Below are positions 1 through 13,900 of a DNA stretch of 64,000 nt, piece by piece. The number at the start of each line of letters is the position of its first letter. The stretch's first letter is position 1. Source of the stretch: Oculina patagonica. Taxonomy: Eukaryota. A model generated the notes under the pieces. The model was given only the letters and a program-made list of their open reading frames with translations, had not been told where the DNA came from and ran no database searches. The stretch spans positions 26,102,001 to 26,166,000 of the forward strand of contig NC_135760.1 in the NCBI RefSeq assembly GCF_052425735.1, read 5' to 3'. The translations under genes and the position numbers were made by a program.

Positions 1-702
1 TTAAACTGCAATGCGCTTGTGCTTTTGCTTGAGTCAACGCTGTTTTCACCGTGAAATAAGAGCTGTTATTCTTGCGCTTGTGCTTGCGTCGCTAGTGAAA
101 ACCAGGCTTTAAAACTCGCGGCAGGCGTTTGCTTTGACAGAGGTAAGAAATTCTTTCGACATCCTTTTCTTTCTAAAGATTGATCATTCTCATGTCATTC
201 TTCATGCTCGGGCTCTCAGCCCATATATTTATAAAACAATTGGGCCAGCTCAAATGGTAATTTTAAAACGTTTTGCTGTTTCTAAAGTTTATCCTCGCTG
301 AGATCAAGACTTTACCACAGTGAAGTGAGTTCGATTCGAGCCCGCAAAGTGGCCCATTCAAAGCGACGAAGTCGCGAAAACGAGCCATGCAAGTCGCGAT
401 AGGTCGACCGTCCCGGCGTGTTAAATTAATAAAGACGATGGACTTTTTCTAAAGTCCAGCTTGAGTCTAGCTGAGATCCCCCACCACAGCAAAACATGAC
501 AAAATGATGTCAAGATGCTGTTGCGTTCCTGTAATTAAATGATTTACCGTATCATAATTAATAATCATCCAAAATAGAAAATTAATTTCCAATCAAATGT
601 CTGAATCGTAGAAAAGGATGAACAGCAAAGAAAAACCGATAAACATCGTCGAAACTTCGGGGCAACCTAGTGTCAGCTATTTCTAGTTATTATTTTACTT
701 AC

Positions 703-3700
703 CATTCATTGACAAATGGATAGCTTCTAAAAAATTTCCATCACATGAGCTGGAATTGCGTCCAGTAATTTTAGTGCCTTTAAGCCGGTCACAGCAGTTT
801 GTGAATCTGGGATATTGATTGAAGCAACGCTTTAGATTTACCAGCATTGGTATCCAGTCGTCACGTCTGTCTTGTAATACAACCACTTGATAGAAATCTT
901 CATAAAATCTTCCATATGGATCTTGCTGAATGCACGCTTGAGTATCTGCAGGAAATTCACCTGTAAAAAATCACACAGCAGGTCAGTTCTTAGAGTACTT
1001 TAATATGTTAAATCTCCCCATGCTTGGTGAAAGCAACTAGTAGAAAAGATTGTAATGTAGAGGAATTTCTTTAGGAGCAATTATATTATTATGACCCTTA
1101 AAAATAATAGTTTGAGGTGTGGTGGCCTAATGGTTAGTATGCTGAACTCCACATTGAGCGGCCTGGGTTTAAGCCCTAGCTGGAGCACTGCATTGTGCTC
1201 TTGGGCAAGCTAATTGCTCTCAGGTAATTTAATGCTGGGGTTAACCCTGCAATTGACTAGCATCCCATCTAGGGGAAAGTAAAAAAACTCCTAGTCACTC
1301 CATGCTATGGAAACTGGGATAAAAAAAAAGTAACTTTCAGTACTTATGAGGCTAGTGTATCCATTTGTGAGCTGGGTCAAATTGGAGGTACCAGTTTTCG
1401 TATTGGTCATATCCACTAAGTGAATTTGTCTGCTTATGGGTCTCAGTTAAGTTATATGTATCTACTTTTGGGATTTGTTTACTCAGTATGGCTGGTGTCC
1501 ACCCATGGACGTATTTACTAATGGGAGGTACTGTTACTGCTTGTGGGACTGGGTAGCCACTTTGGGAGGTGTTCAGTTACATTCTTATCCTCATAGCCCT
1601 TATCGTTTCTCTCAGCTGGCAAAGCCTTGGCATGAGAAGCCAAGAGCTCTGGGGACATTAGTGTTTTCAATTTATTTGAATTTTTTGATTGGCGGTTTGG
1701 AACAAGGAATTCCTAAAGGGAAGTCAAAAACGTAACAACTCTCTCATACATTCTTTTTAAACATCATGACTGGGAACATGAAGACCAGAAGTCCTAGAAT
1801 CTAGGACTGGAAATCCTGTGTCCCCAGAGCCCTTTGTTTCCTTGTGCCAAGGTCCCACCAACTAAGAGAAACGAAAGAGCTATGGGGATGAGAATGGTTC
1901 AGTTAGGGGAAGTACCAATTTATGATAGTGATGGCACTTATAGCCTGCGTTGCAGACGAACAAAACCCCGGTATAGTGCGTCTGCGAATTACTGCACAAA
2001 AGCTTGTTCGGGCCCCCCCGCCTGTTTATACCAGGGATTTCTATAATAACCTCTGATTGGCTTTTGAATAGGGCCGTTCTTTCGTGCGTCGTAATTGGTT
2101 GAGTGGATCTCGTGAAACCATAGTTACGCGTTCAATGAATACCAGATACCAGATACAGTAAAACGTTCTTGTCATATAATTTGTAAATTTACCGTTCTGT
2201 ATTGGAATTGGTCATCCAATCTATTTCGCTTTTCACTTGTTTAGAAAGGGTACGATATGCTGTCAGTTGTATTATTTGGAGGCGTTTAAAGTTGAGTAGA
2301 GCCATAAGACATTGGTTTTGCCCGGATATTTTGACACCTCTGTTTTACATTTGTCATATGTAATTAGTATCGCGGTTAGTCTTGGAACATTCACATTTGC
2401 AAGATATTTTTTGAGCTTTTGAAATATTCCCTCTGGTCCTAAATTTTCCGTGAAGATGTCGACTACTTGCATTCTGCATTTGTAATGCCGGGTCCGGCTG
2501 TTTATTGTGTTGCAAGGTGTGTGGCTTCTCATCACGGATGACGGATGTTCGTTGTGTGACATTCTTTCACAAGACAAACGTAGATTATTCAACATTTATA
2601 CCATGACCTTTTTGCTTGTCAGTTGTGTTTGCTTCTTGTCGTTATCGTTGTTTTCTTTTTTTATCAGATAGTTCGAACCGGCTGCTTTTTTACCGCTTCA
2701 AACGCTAATTCTCACCGATCTGGTCCGATCTGCCGTGATCGCCGCCAGCAAGTTTGTTTTGTATCTGGTCTTCGTCGAAAGCCTAACTATGGTTTCTCAT
2801 GATGCACTCGACCAATTACGACGCACGAAAGAACGGCCCTATTCAAAAGCCAATCAGAGGTTATTATAGAAATCCCTGATAACATGCGGGGGGCCGGAAC
2901 AAGCTTTTGTGCAGTAATTCGCAGACGCACTATACCGGTTTTGTTCGTCTGCAACGCAGGCTATGGCACTTACTGATAGACTGTGCATCATAGAATGTTC
3001 TTGAAAACAGAATAATGTTGACATCATGGTTTGCTTTGAGCTCTTTCCATTTGGTAAACAGTTCATACAGGAATCCATTGATGGCCTTTTCAATGTACAG
3101 GTCTCCGTTGAAATCAAAGTCCCACATTTCTTTACTCATTTGAATGAATAAATACATCCTGGTACTACATGATCTGAAAACCACCTGCAGTAAACAGGAA
3201 CCTTGATTACTTAAAAAAATATCTTTGTATAAAGTGAAAAGAAGGAAGCATGTTTGGTAATGCTTTACTTTACATGGCCTCGATATGGAAAGCAAATATT
3301 GCAATGGCAATGGAATCATCAGCTTGTTATTCAAAGGTCTTCAAAGCATTTCAAGACATACATTATGGAACAAGGAAATAACATCGATCCCAGTTACCCA
3401 TGAACTCAGGAAGTTATATTTTCGATGACTGCAAATCTTGTTGAAACCAACATCTACTGGAATGCATTGCCATTAGCCTAAGAATCAGACTCCTATCTGG
3501 TCATCTCAACTCCTACCATGCAAAATAGAAAGTGCAGAGTTTTTCCCTTTACGTTACTTTGCCGTTACTTTGTCTGCACTTTGTCATAATAACCCAGGGT
3601 GCATTCTGTGTAAATCTCATGGAAGTCTAGGCCAAGGCCCTAAATTCATGATGAAGATCTTCGGCATAACCTTCATAATATGCAGCCTGCAGCGTGGGTC

Positions 3701-4317
3701 ATAACCTGCTGCCCATGCGTTAATACAGGCGTCCCACCTGTATCGGAGGCATCAGGACTCAGTACTATAATACACCATACCCCCACCACCCCCCCCCCCC
3801 CCCACCCCACACACACACACACACACACCCTATCCTCCTTTCTTACCCTTGTGTCATCAGATATCACTCCACAAGACACCTTCTCTCCTTTGGTCCAGAT
3901 CTCATTCACTTGTGCACGCACCCCTGAATGCGAAATCTTCTTGGTGACATAAACACAAGAACCAACCAATTGTTTAGAAAATCGCCACATCTCACTTCTT
4001 GTGACGAACTGGTCTTTAAACAATAGCTCCACCAAATCAACAGATACATCCTTAGGTTCAACCTTGGTGACTTCTACATCCCAATACGTCCTCAGCTGGA
4101 ATATATTAGCCACCGACTGTTCGATACTGATTGTATCTTTCTGTTGGAAATCAGGGCTGATCGATTTAATCTGCAGCAGAAGGCGAGTGTTGTCTTCATC
4201 TGGGTGATGTATTTCCAAAATGTCTCCTACATTTTCGTTCGGAAATTCCTTTGGGTTTATGATAAGTTCATCCTCGCTGAAGTTTTGCTGATGGACCCAC
4301 AACTTGAAAAGCTTCAT
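703..4317 (-). CDS. DEPDC5: GATOR1 complex subunit DEPDC5 (Iml1 homolog), 5' part only; gene continues beyond the window start
   Basis: Exons complement(3847..4317, 2974..3184, 703..960) with GT-AG sites and consistent phases. The joined protein ([26 protein letters not shown]...VVFRS...[27 protein letters not shown]...[12 protein letters not shown]...[12 protein letters not shown]) matches the DEPDC5/Iml1 N-terminal and SABA region. Confidence 0.93.
1117..1322 (+). mobile_element. tRNA-derived SINE-like repeat
   Basis: A/B-box-like head (ggtggcctaatggttag...gggtttaagccct) followed by a body shared with copies at ~5915-6120, ~9840-9940, ~44470-44670 (-) and ~58803-59090. Confidence 0.6.
1941..2963. 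mobile_element. Non-autonomous DNA transposon (MITE), ~180-bp TIRs, 9-bp TSD (Mutator-like or unclassified)
   Basis: TIRs tagcctgcgttgcagacgaacaaaa... (1941-2125) and its inverse (2785-2963); TSD TGGCACTTA at 1932-1940 and 2964-2972. Confidence 0.9.
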
Positions 4318-4587
4318 CCTTTCACGCGTTTCACTCAGAATGGAAGGAAACTTAGAACAAACTGATAATTTTTGCTTTACAACTATTTTACCTCAAGTTT
4401 TCCGCCATATTGTTTTTCTAAGGACATACCGCTGCTTTCTTTCTTGTCATCGCAGCTTCAGCTAGTTCCAGTTTACCCGAACAACCACAAATTGACGCCT
4501 GACAAATTTTGTATTCGGCGCGTTTCGCAGGGCTTCGCTCTTTTTCTCGTTTTAAAATCTTTAAATTGTTTTCACGATCTGAATGCG
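4318..4587. promoter_or_regulatory. Bidirectional promoter region between DEPDC5 and MRM3
   Basis: Head-to-head start codons 270 bp apart; CpG-containing; YY1-like CCGCCAT at ~4401. Confidence 0.6.
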
Positions 4588-7461
4588 ATGCATGTGTTAA
4601 TTCAAAGGTTTAGTCTGGTGAAACAAGCCCGAATAGTGGCGAGATTTTCTTTTGAGGCACCTCAATCTGGCCAAGCGCAAAAGCCTAGGCACGAGACGAA
4701 AAGACACAATGAAACACATAACACGATTATTGAAAGTGGCACTCCACGTCTCAGGTAATTAGGAAGTTTTCCTACTGAACCATACAGTATTCTCATAAAG
4801 ACTTCATCAAGCACGAACTGTAGGCAACTGGAGCATTTCACGACCTCAACCACCCTTCTCTTTCCGAGAGTATACTTGGAATTTTTTGATGGGGCTCTCT
4901 ATTTTGATCCTATTTTTTTGACCAAAATACCCATCTGTATGCTATTACATTGTACTGCAAGAGTTTGTATGAACTTGAAATTTGATTGAAGATTAGCAGG
5001 TCATAAGCACAGTACTTGATGTTTTGTTTGAACAGATAGTTGAATCAAAGTTTGAGAAGTTTTACCAGGTGACTCGATCCCTTCCTCTTCCATTTCTGTT
5101 CAAGTGTTTTTTTTTTTTGGCTGTTTGTATGAGTTTAATGTCTCAAGCTTTGAGAGAAAATTGGACTCAAATAAATGTATCTTGTTCAAGCACATGTAGT
5201 AATCTACCGGTAAATGCGCTATTATTAAAAGACATTTTTTTTCTTTCAGAATGGCAGCATCCCTAAATAAAAGGAAACACAGAGAAAAACATAACCGTAT
5301 CATCCTTGAGGGATGGCGTCTAATAAAAGAGGCATTAATGGCCAAAGCTAAAGTATTAAGCATATTCTACAGTGATCCAGGACTCTTGAATCACTTTGAC
5401 ACTTTCAATTTGCCAAACAACTGTCTTGCACAAGTAAGCAGAGGAACAATGGAAACTCTATCGAATGCCGTCACACCACCTGGTATCATTGGAATGTTTA
5501 AGCGTCCAAGACAAGGGGAAGGAGGAAAATTAAAAAGCAAAACTGCGCTCCAAAATCCTCTGACAGTGTTATGTGATGGACTGAAAGATCCATCAAACTT
5601 AGGTATGATCATCATGTCCAGGGCCATAGGCGGGGGGGGGGGGGTACAATGGGCGCGTCTGCACCCCCAGGTCACAAAGGTCCACCTAAACTCTCAGAAT
5701 GCAGGGAATGTGGACTTCAACAACTTGATTTTTCAAAATTTGCCAGTGAAGAATACCCCCAAGTCTCCCTAGACACTCAAGCCTCCAGTGCTTGTACCCG
5801 CCCATGCAAAATCCTGACTACAGCCCTGATGTCATCATGTTATACACTGTACATATAAGCAGCACAAGCTTACCTAAGTAAACATGTTTGGTTCCAAAAG
5901 TTTTAATGCTTGTAAGAGGTTTTGTGGTCTAACATGGTCATTGGGCTTCAGTTGACTCCAGATCTAGTGGTCTGTGTTCAAGCCCTGACTAGGATCATTG
6001 TGTCGTGTTCTTGGGTTAGACACTTCACTCTCAAAATATATCTTTCTCTATCCAAGGCTATTTTATAAATGGGTACTGGCAAATTAAATGCTTGGCACTG
6101 GGACAATCCTGTAATTGAATGTTATCCTCAGTGATTTAATCACTGTGAACAGTACAAGAGCCCACATTAAGTAGCTGTGGTTTTTCACACCTATTTCACT
6201 CTGCTGAAAAATACCATAATTATGCAAATTTACTTCTATTTTCAGTGACATTAAAGTTCCCATTATTCTTGTCTTACCAATAACTACTATTAAGTGCCAC
6301 TAGATCACGATGATGATATGCTCTTTCTAGGTACATTATTGCGGATATGTGCAGCAGCAGGATGTCAGTCATTTATAACCTCAACCGGCTGTGTTGACGT
6401 GTGGGAACCAAAAGTGTTACGATGTGCTGCTGGTGGACATTTCTATGTTCCAATTCATTACAACTTGCATTGGGAAGATATCGAGACACTTGTTAAAGAC
6501 AAAAGGATTTTTCTTGCAGACAACAACATCCCTGGTATGAAAATCAATCAACATATTTTATTTTACATGGTACAGTTGAGATTAAGTAACACAATGGTAT
6601 CAGCTAGTGGTTTTTCTGGGAAAAGACAAAATTTTTAGTTGAATAAGAAAAAGTAAGGTCTTATTATAAGCTTAATAATGTGTAAATGAATCTATCATGA
6701 TCAGCAAAACCTGGATGAGAATGAATTGAATGAAACATAACTTTTTGAATTGCATTGTCTTGCATAATACAACCATCAAACATTAAGACTTTTACATGTA
6801 AGTATTTTGATCTTCGAGGGATTTTACACCACCTTTCAATAACATGCGAACTCTGAAGTTTAAAACCTAGCTAATGATTGCTTTTTTTGCTGCTGCCACT
6901 CTTAATTATGACACAGCAATCAACAATCCTCGGAAAAAGGAACAAAAAAAGAAATTTAATCTAATTTAATTAAAAACTTTTTTGTGACCTTTTGAACCTG
7001 TTTAAAAAGTAAACTTCTGTTTCTTGAGGGGTCTGCTAAGATGATAAATTGATGGCAGCAGAAAAAAGGAACAGTTGATTGAGCTGAGATCGAATGTTAT
7101 TAAAAGGTGCAGTAAAAGATCATCTGAAGCAGGGCCGATCAATTAGATTTGCATGTGTTAATAAATTTTCTTATTTTTCTGTGTGTTGTAATTTTATCCA
7201 TCAGGCGAGTTAAACATTCCATCCCTAAAATATTTCCAAGTGGACTGGACTCAAGGACCCAGTGTTCTGGTTATTGGTGGTGAAACGACAGGACTTGGAG
7301 AACCTGTGAAGAGCTTGGCATGTCAGTACGGTGGACAACTTGTTCATGTGCCCATGGCAAGCACAATTGACAGTATAAGTGCAGCAATGGCTGGCACAGT
7401 AATTATTTATGAGGCAAACAGACAATGGATTTTGGCACATCAAGCCAGAGACAACAGATGA
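4588..7461 (+). CDS. MRM3: Mitochondrial rRNA methyltransferase 3 (SpoU/TrmH SPOUT family), ~326 aa
   Basis: join(4588..4754,5250..5602,6331..6534,7205..7461); 981 nt in frame. SPOUT motifs: IILEGWRLIKEAL, DGLKDPSNLGTLLR, VDVWEPKVLR, LVIGGETTGL, VPMASTIDSISAAMAG. The start codon is less certain. Confidence 0.85.
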
Positions 7462-7550
7462 ACAAAAATGAAATATTAATTAAAATTCAATTGGCTGGAA
7501 AAGTGGCTATGCAGGATCACAATTCTTGTGGTGTATTGTAATACCTCGTA

Positions 7551-10500
7551 TTAGTTTATCTCCGCAATTACAGCTAATGCAGCTCCTGTTGATGCATCTG
7601 CATTTTCACTCAGTACCAGCGGCAATCCAAAAACCTGTTCAACTTGTTTTTGGAGAACCTGATTTCTTATCAGAGCACTTCCAGTGCCTACAATCCTTTG
7701 CACGCCATGGAAATGCAGAAATTCCCGTGACATCATCTCTTGTACATTTTCCATAAGTCCTCGACATAGAGCCACACCAACATCGCCAAGTGAGATATTG
7801 TCTGATGTAATGTTACTCACTTGCCCTCTTTGATCTGGAATGTGCCTTTCTCCCCACAAAGTGGGAACTACTTTAAGTGATGTTGAACCCTTTTTATCTG
7901 CACAGTCTAGTATTCTTTGATAAATTTCATCTGTAGATGGAAGGCTGTCGTTTATGCCAAGATCCTTTATCCATGATGTCAACATCTTGACATAGGTAGC
8001 AAACACATTACCACCTGTTAAGACAAATAAACAGTTATTTTTAACAATAATTACCATTGCCTTGTTGAAGGTTGCATAATGATAAATTGTCAACTTTAAA
8101 AACAACTTTCAATACTTGTGTTCTCTGCTGATCAAAGGACCAGTAACTGCACAAAGATAAAGCTATGCTTATTTCTTCACCTATCAGACAGTTGTGCTGT
8201 TTAATGGCAGCAAATACATAGAGCCTTCAAAAAATAATTATAAAGTTTATATCAACTGGCAACAGTATTGTGTGGTTCCAGAAAATGTCAGTACTCCCCC
8301 ACAGACGGGATTGGAAATTCCTGGGGGTGGGTGGGGGAGGTCTCAGAGACCAAAAACTTTAAAGGAAATGTATGAAACTAACTTGGAATTTCCAGAAGGG
8401 TGGGGGGGGGGGGGTCCTTAGGAATATCTGTTCTGTGGAGGAGGTATGGAGAATTTTTGGAACTACCCAAACATGGTTGCACTTGGAAACAGTCATTACT
8501 TACATGTAGAATAGTACAGTAATTCTTGGCCTCACATCAGCCATAAATACAGTGGAGGTTTAATGACTGTCCTTTAGTATCTGGCTATAATACCTGAAAG
8601 TGATGCAGCTGTAATGACTTTTCTTCCTCCAAAGAATGGAAGAATTTGCACCGCTTCACTTGTTATGTTTGTAGCTTGGCTAGGCGAATCTCCCAAACTG
8701 GCATTATCAGAAATGACAACAGCTAGCTGACAGGAAGTACCAATATTAAGAACTGTAAAGACAATGCCAGAAAACTTATAATTATATGAAGCCTGGAAAA
8801 GGTCTTTGTTGTATGTTTTTGTTCACTATGTTGGTGGTTGACAGTGCACAAAACCTGACAAAATACAATAGGTGGTTATGTGTGTTCTTGCAACTAACCA
8901 ATGGAAACATCGTGATTACATAATTTATGTATTGTGTATGAGCGCAAAACAAAAGATGTGCATGGTCATAGACCTTCCGACATAAATCTTGGCATCTTTG
9001 ACTTGTTTGCTTATTGATGTTTGTCAGGTTTCATAACCATTTCCCTTGATTAACTACATTGTATGATCAAAGGTTATTACATGTATGTTGTTTGTCACGG
9101 TATCCACACATGTTGTATCAGCCGTGGAGGACTGGACCAAGTCTTGTTCACACGAAGTTAAACATGGCGACCATGTTTCCTTTAGTTAGTTCAAGGTAGA
9201 ATAAACCTTGAATGTGTACCATTTCATTGTTAACATTAATGTAAAAAAAAAACAGTATTTATCACCTGCATCACTCTGCTGTGATATACTGGCAAGCACT
9301 GAGCACTGGAAGTCCCCCAGTCCCACCCCCACAGGTGTTCCAGCAGGAATATTGCAGAAAGTCTTTTGTAGTTTACCAGCCATGGTATCTGACTCTACCG
9401 CCACTGGCAGGAGATGGGTGGGGAATTTTGCACCTTTCAGGCTATAAATGGCAGAAAATAAGAAAAAATTATAAAAAAAGTTTAAACAAAAATGGGTCCC
9501 TGATAATAATATCAAATATCACAAACTATAAGAATTTTAACCAAACTATCCTGGTGGTTGGTTTTTGATGTTCTAAGAGTGCTGTGTTGGGAATTCACCT
9601 TGCTTTCATGCCAGGATCCCATGAAAGCTTGGCATTGATGGAATCAACAGGTATATATATATTGTACAGTATGCTGTATGCTGGGTTTAGAAAAAGTCAT
9701 ACATGTAGGGTTAGCTTCACCCTTGATTTGTACAGTTTGTAACTGTTCAGTTTTGGATGTGGTAGGAAAAATCAAAGAACATTTTCACAAATAACATTGT
9801 AAAGACTAGCCTAAATTTCAGACATCTTTCTCTGGTCACCCGTTGCATCTACGGCAGAGTAGAAATGCTCCTAGTAGCTTAATGCTCCAGAAACCGGGAT
9901 AAGCTCCAGCAGTGTGGGCCACTTGGCTTGATGCAGACTTTACATAACCTATCCTGTGGTTGTGCACTCCTGGAGGATGATATCTGAAATTCAGGCTAGT
10001 AAAGACCTCCTTGCCACTTTTATAACCTTATAATGTGCTTGTATTTCTTTTTTGTGGCAAAATGAATAAAACAAATTAATTTATTTACTAAATGACTATT
10101 ATTTTTTAATACTTTATTTTTAAATGATTATTATATTTATATTGTTTGAAGAAGCCCGATGTTGGCAGGTGCAAAAACTCCGCAATAAAGGGAGTTGGCT
10201 AATTAACTCACATCTCTAACTCCCACATCATGTTATGAACATCAAAATATCCCCAGCTTACAGCATTGTGTAGAGACATCCAAGGCTTGTCCATTTGACA
10301 CAAAACACACACGATAAAATCCATGATCGTTCCAGCACAGTCGAAACGTTCCAAAAGGCTAGGGTGGTTTCTTTGAAGCCAGAAAAGACTAGCACATCCA
10401 AAACCAGTAGAAATAGCAACATTTGTGCGCGTAGCTGGAAGTGTTGCCAAAAATTCATTAGTACATCTTCTATCCTCCCAAGTAATTAAACGAGAAACAT

Positions 10501-10843
10501 TGTCGCTGGATCTAAAATATTCGTTAGATTCTGATATGTTCCATGTCACGCAAGACTTTCCCTTCCACATCACACAACCATGCATTTGTCCGCATATTCC
10601 AACACTGCTCACTTTGGCCATGTAATGCGACGAGAGCCGGCCAAGCGCATGCTGCAAACAACCAATAATTTTTGCTGCATCTTGCTCCGCGAAGTTCACT
10701 CCCTCAGTGCAAATATTTGCCCCTGTTTCACATCTAAAACTTTCAACAACATCTCTTGTGGTATTTTGCAAGAGGGATACTTTGATCGAGGTTGTTCCTA
10801 CGTCGATTCCGAGGACAAACGATTCGGAGTCACAATCCGCCAT
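7551..10843 (-). CDS. SHPK: Sedoheptulokinase (FGGY carbohydrate kinase family), ~476 aa
   Basis: complement(join(7551..8014,8594..8752,9266..9441,10212..10843)); 1431 nt in frame. Motifs: LGIDVGTTSIK, GICGQMHG, LITWEDRRC, GDFQCSV, VLNIGTSCQL, AASLSGGN, PTLWGERH, VGTGSAL. Confidence 0.93.
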
Positions 10844-10992
10844 CTTCTTTTGTAACGCAACGCTCTTGGAAATATTGCGTGACGTGGGACTCTTGGTGCA
10901 TTTTACATGACATGACTATTTGCTTGAGTCAGCTCTCAGATTACTTTTTTTCAGAGAGCTTTTTTTTCGTTTCGCCTCTTTCTTTGTTGAAG
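10844..10992. promoter_or_regulatory. Bidirectional promoter region between SHPK and FMO paralog 1
   Basis: Head-to-head ATGs only 149 bp apart; contains a TGACGT (CRE-like) motif at ~10880-10885. Confidence 0.6.
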
Positions 10993-13900
10993 ATGAGAGT
11001 TGCAGTAATCGGAGCTGGAGCTAGTGGCCTTACTTGCATAAAATGCTGCAAAGACGAAGGATTGGAACCGGTGTGTTTCGAGCAAGAAGACTCCATCGGT
11101 GGCTTGTGGTATTTCACCGAGGAAGAACGGCATAGCTCTGTTTACAGATCAACTGTGATAAACACCAGCAAGGAAATGATGTGCTTTTCGGATTTTCCAA
11201 TCCCTAAAGAATACCCGCCGTACATGCGCCACGACTGGATCATGAAGTATCTTCATCTGTACGCGGAATCGTTTGATATGTACAAATGCATTCGATTTCG
11301 TACGAAGGTCGTTGACCTCAGGAAAGCGGCTGATTTCGAAGAGAGCGGAAAATGGGTAATCCTCTTTCAAGATCAAAACAGCGAGGATCCTGAAGAAGTG
11401 AAGAAAGAAGTTTACGATGCTGTCATGCTGTGTGTCGGTCACCATTCAGAGCCTTCATGGCCAAGCTTTCCTGGAATGGACGAGTTTTCAGGGCTGAAGA
11501 TCCACAGTCACGCCTACAAGGACTTCAAACCTTATGAAAACAAAAACGTTCTACTCGTGGGTACGTATCGTGTTCTTTTTGCTTTTGCATGTAGTCATGT
11601 ACCCTTTACAAATGGATCGAATTTACTGCCAATATTTTAAGCCATCAATCCCGGGGGGGGGGGGGGGTGGGGCACTTCCTATAAATGGGCTAATGGGGAT
11701 GTGCCGCTGGATGGGGTCGCATTTTCACGACTGGACTGACTAGAATGGGGGTCGCCATTTCAAGCATTTTTTATAGGGTGACTAGAATGGGGTCACACTT
11801 TTCCGGGATTTTGAGAGTACGAACATTCTGGCAAGTTGTGATTTATGAACGGAAATTTTCCCTGAAAAAAATGTTACCGTATTTATTGCTGTTGTTCAAT
11901 ATTTGACAAACAGCTCCCAGAAAGTGACTAAGTTGGGGTCGTAAAAATTAAATTTACTCAAAAGTGACTAAGATGGGGTCTATAATTGGCCATAGAATAT
12001 GACTATAATGGGTAGGGGTTCTGAGAGGCCAGCCGCACATACTCAACAAAAATTTACCCAAGTACCCCCCCCCCCCCGGCCATCAATGCATTAGGTCTCG
12101 TTTAGCGCTGCACATAAGAAATAAAAAAGTCATACTGTGTTGGTGGTCTAGAAATCAGCAGAGATGGTATCTTTCCGGGGTAAAGAGTGGTGCTCATATT
12201 GATCTCCTTTAGGGGTTTAATAGTCCAATTTCGATATTTTAAAATTCAGCCTAAAACAATAGACATCACTATGAGGCTCCGGGGAATAAACCCCACAAAC
12301 TCTATAGTTTGGTCCCCGGAGCCTCGTCTTGAGGTCTATATATATGTTTTAGGCTGAATTTTAATATATCAAAATTGGGCTATTCAAATTTTCTGATGAG
12401 CATCCCCCTCCCTTTCATATGGGAGATTCCCCCACCTCCGGAATATCCCCCCAAACCCCTAACCATTTTACCACTTGCCTTCCGTGTCGCTTATTCCATT
12501 TTTTACACTGCTCCCAACAAACCAAATGCCTGGAACTTGCTACAGATTGAGGTTTAAGTACACATGCCATGCCCAGCTTGTTCCCTGAACCTCTGCTTCC
12601 AGTTTTCAGCAACAGGGAGGGGCGAGGGTCCTGGGGATACAATTGTTTTGAAAATAGAAAAGTTGTACGAGTTCATAGACTGATATGAATGTCTCTACTG
12701 ATTGGCTGGCCTGCTGTCTCAGCTCTATGCCATGATCATGAACAGGCCCTGTTTTGGGAATAAGGCGAAAAGAAAAGACTGATAACAATGAAATGAAGAC
12801 TGAATGAAAAGGAGGGTTGACTGCAGAGAGAGGAAAAGAGGGCTTGTGAGCGAATGCTTACAGCCAACTGATACCAAAATCTGAAATCACTTTTTTTTAC
12901 AATGGTCAGATGTGGATTTACATGTACTGTATAGTTGACAAGGTTACACGAGCTAACTTTAGGATAGTCAAATTTGATGAGCTTGTATATACCAGTAGGT
13001 GTCCTGAGTCCTTTTTCCAAGCTTTTCCCTCTAAGTTCTCTATCCTCCACAAACTTGCCTCATCCCTGGTCCTTTGCAAGCTTTTCTTGGACTAGTGCTC
13101 CCTCCTCCTCCAGCCTGAGATGGCTTCTGTCCTAAGTTCACTTCCTGGGTAGTTGTTAAACAAATTCTCCACACCCTAAATTTCTGTCGGAATGAGCAAA
13201 TAAATCACAGTAGCTACATATGTCAATCTTAGGCAGAAAAAAAGAATTGAAAACAATAATTGAACTAGTTTCATAGGTCTGCAATGCGTGCAGATCTATT
13301 ATTATTATTATTATTATTATTTATGTTTTTATTGTTATTTATATATTATAGGTCTGCAGTGCATGCTGATCTAGATAGATCTAGGTATTTTCTATGATAT
13401 ACTCCATTACAGACCACAGAAATGATGCCAACTTTACCAATGAAAAAAATGTTGTTGATTTGTTAACAGAACAGTTTTTTTATTTGTTTGTCTTCTGTAG
13501 GTATTGGAAACTCTGCAGGTGACATTGCTGTGGAACTAAGCCGCCACGCATCCCGGGTTTACCTCAGCACTCGCCGAGGAGCATGGGTCCTATCCCGACT
13601 GGGGAAAGGTGGGGAGCCTGCTGACCAGCAGTTCCTCAGACGATCCGCATCTTTGATGCCATTATCACTTCTTAAGTACCTTTTCATGAAAGCAGTAAAC
13701 CAGAGATTTGACCATGAAACCTTTGGGTTACGTCCCCAACATTCAATCATTGGTCAGCATCCAATGGTTAATGATGACCTCCCTCACCGCATTATTGTTG
13801 GAAGTGTTGTTGTTAAGCCTAACGTGGCCAGTTTTACCAAAACTGGGGTTGTCTTTGACGACGGTACCCAAGTAAATGACTTGGATGCAGTGATCTTTTG

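Noticed and set aside
4390-4408. Possible extra upstream coding exon of DEPDC5 (ATGGCGGAAAACTTGAG|gt)
   Set aside because: I found no downstream acceptor that joins it in frame to the ATG at 4317; more likely a YY1-type promoter motif.
10145-10185. Possible third Penelope/hammerhead remnant (ttgaagaagcccg...aaaa)
   Set aside because: The core is too degenerate (no CUGA, no intact GAAA) to support a call.
10792-10992. N-terminal extension of the FMO ORF shown in the ORF track
   Set aside because: It overlaps the SHPK start, and FMOs begin at the M-x-V-A-[VI]-I-G-A-G motif (10993), as paralog 2 does.
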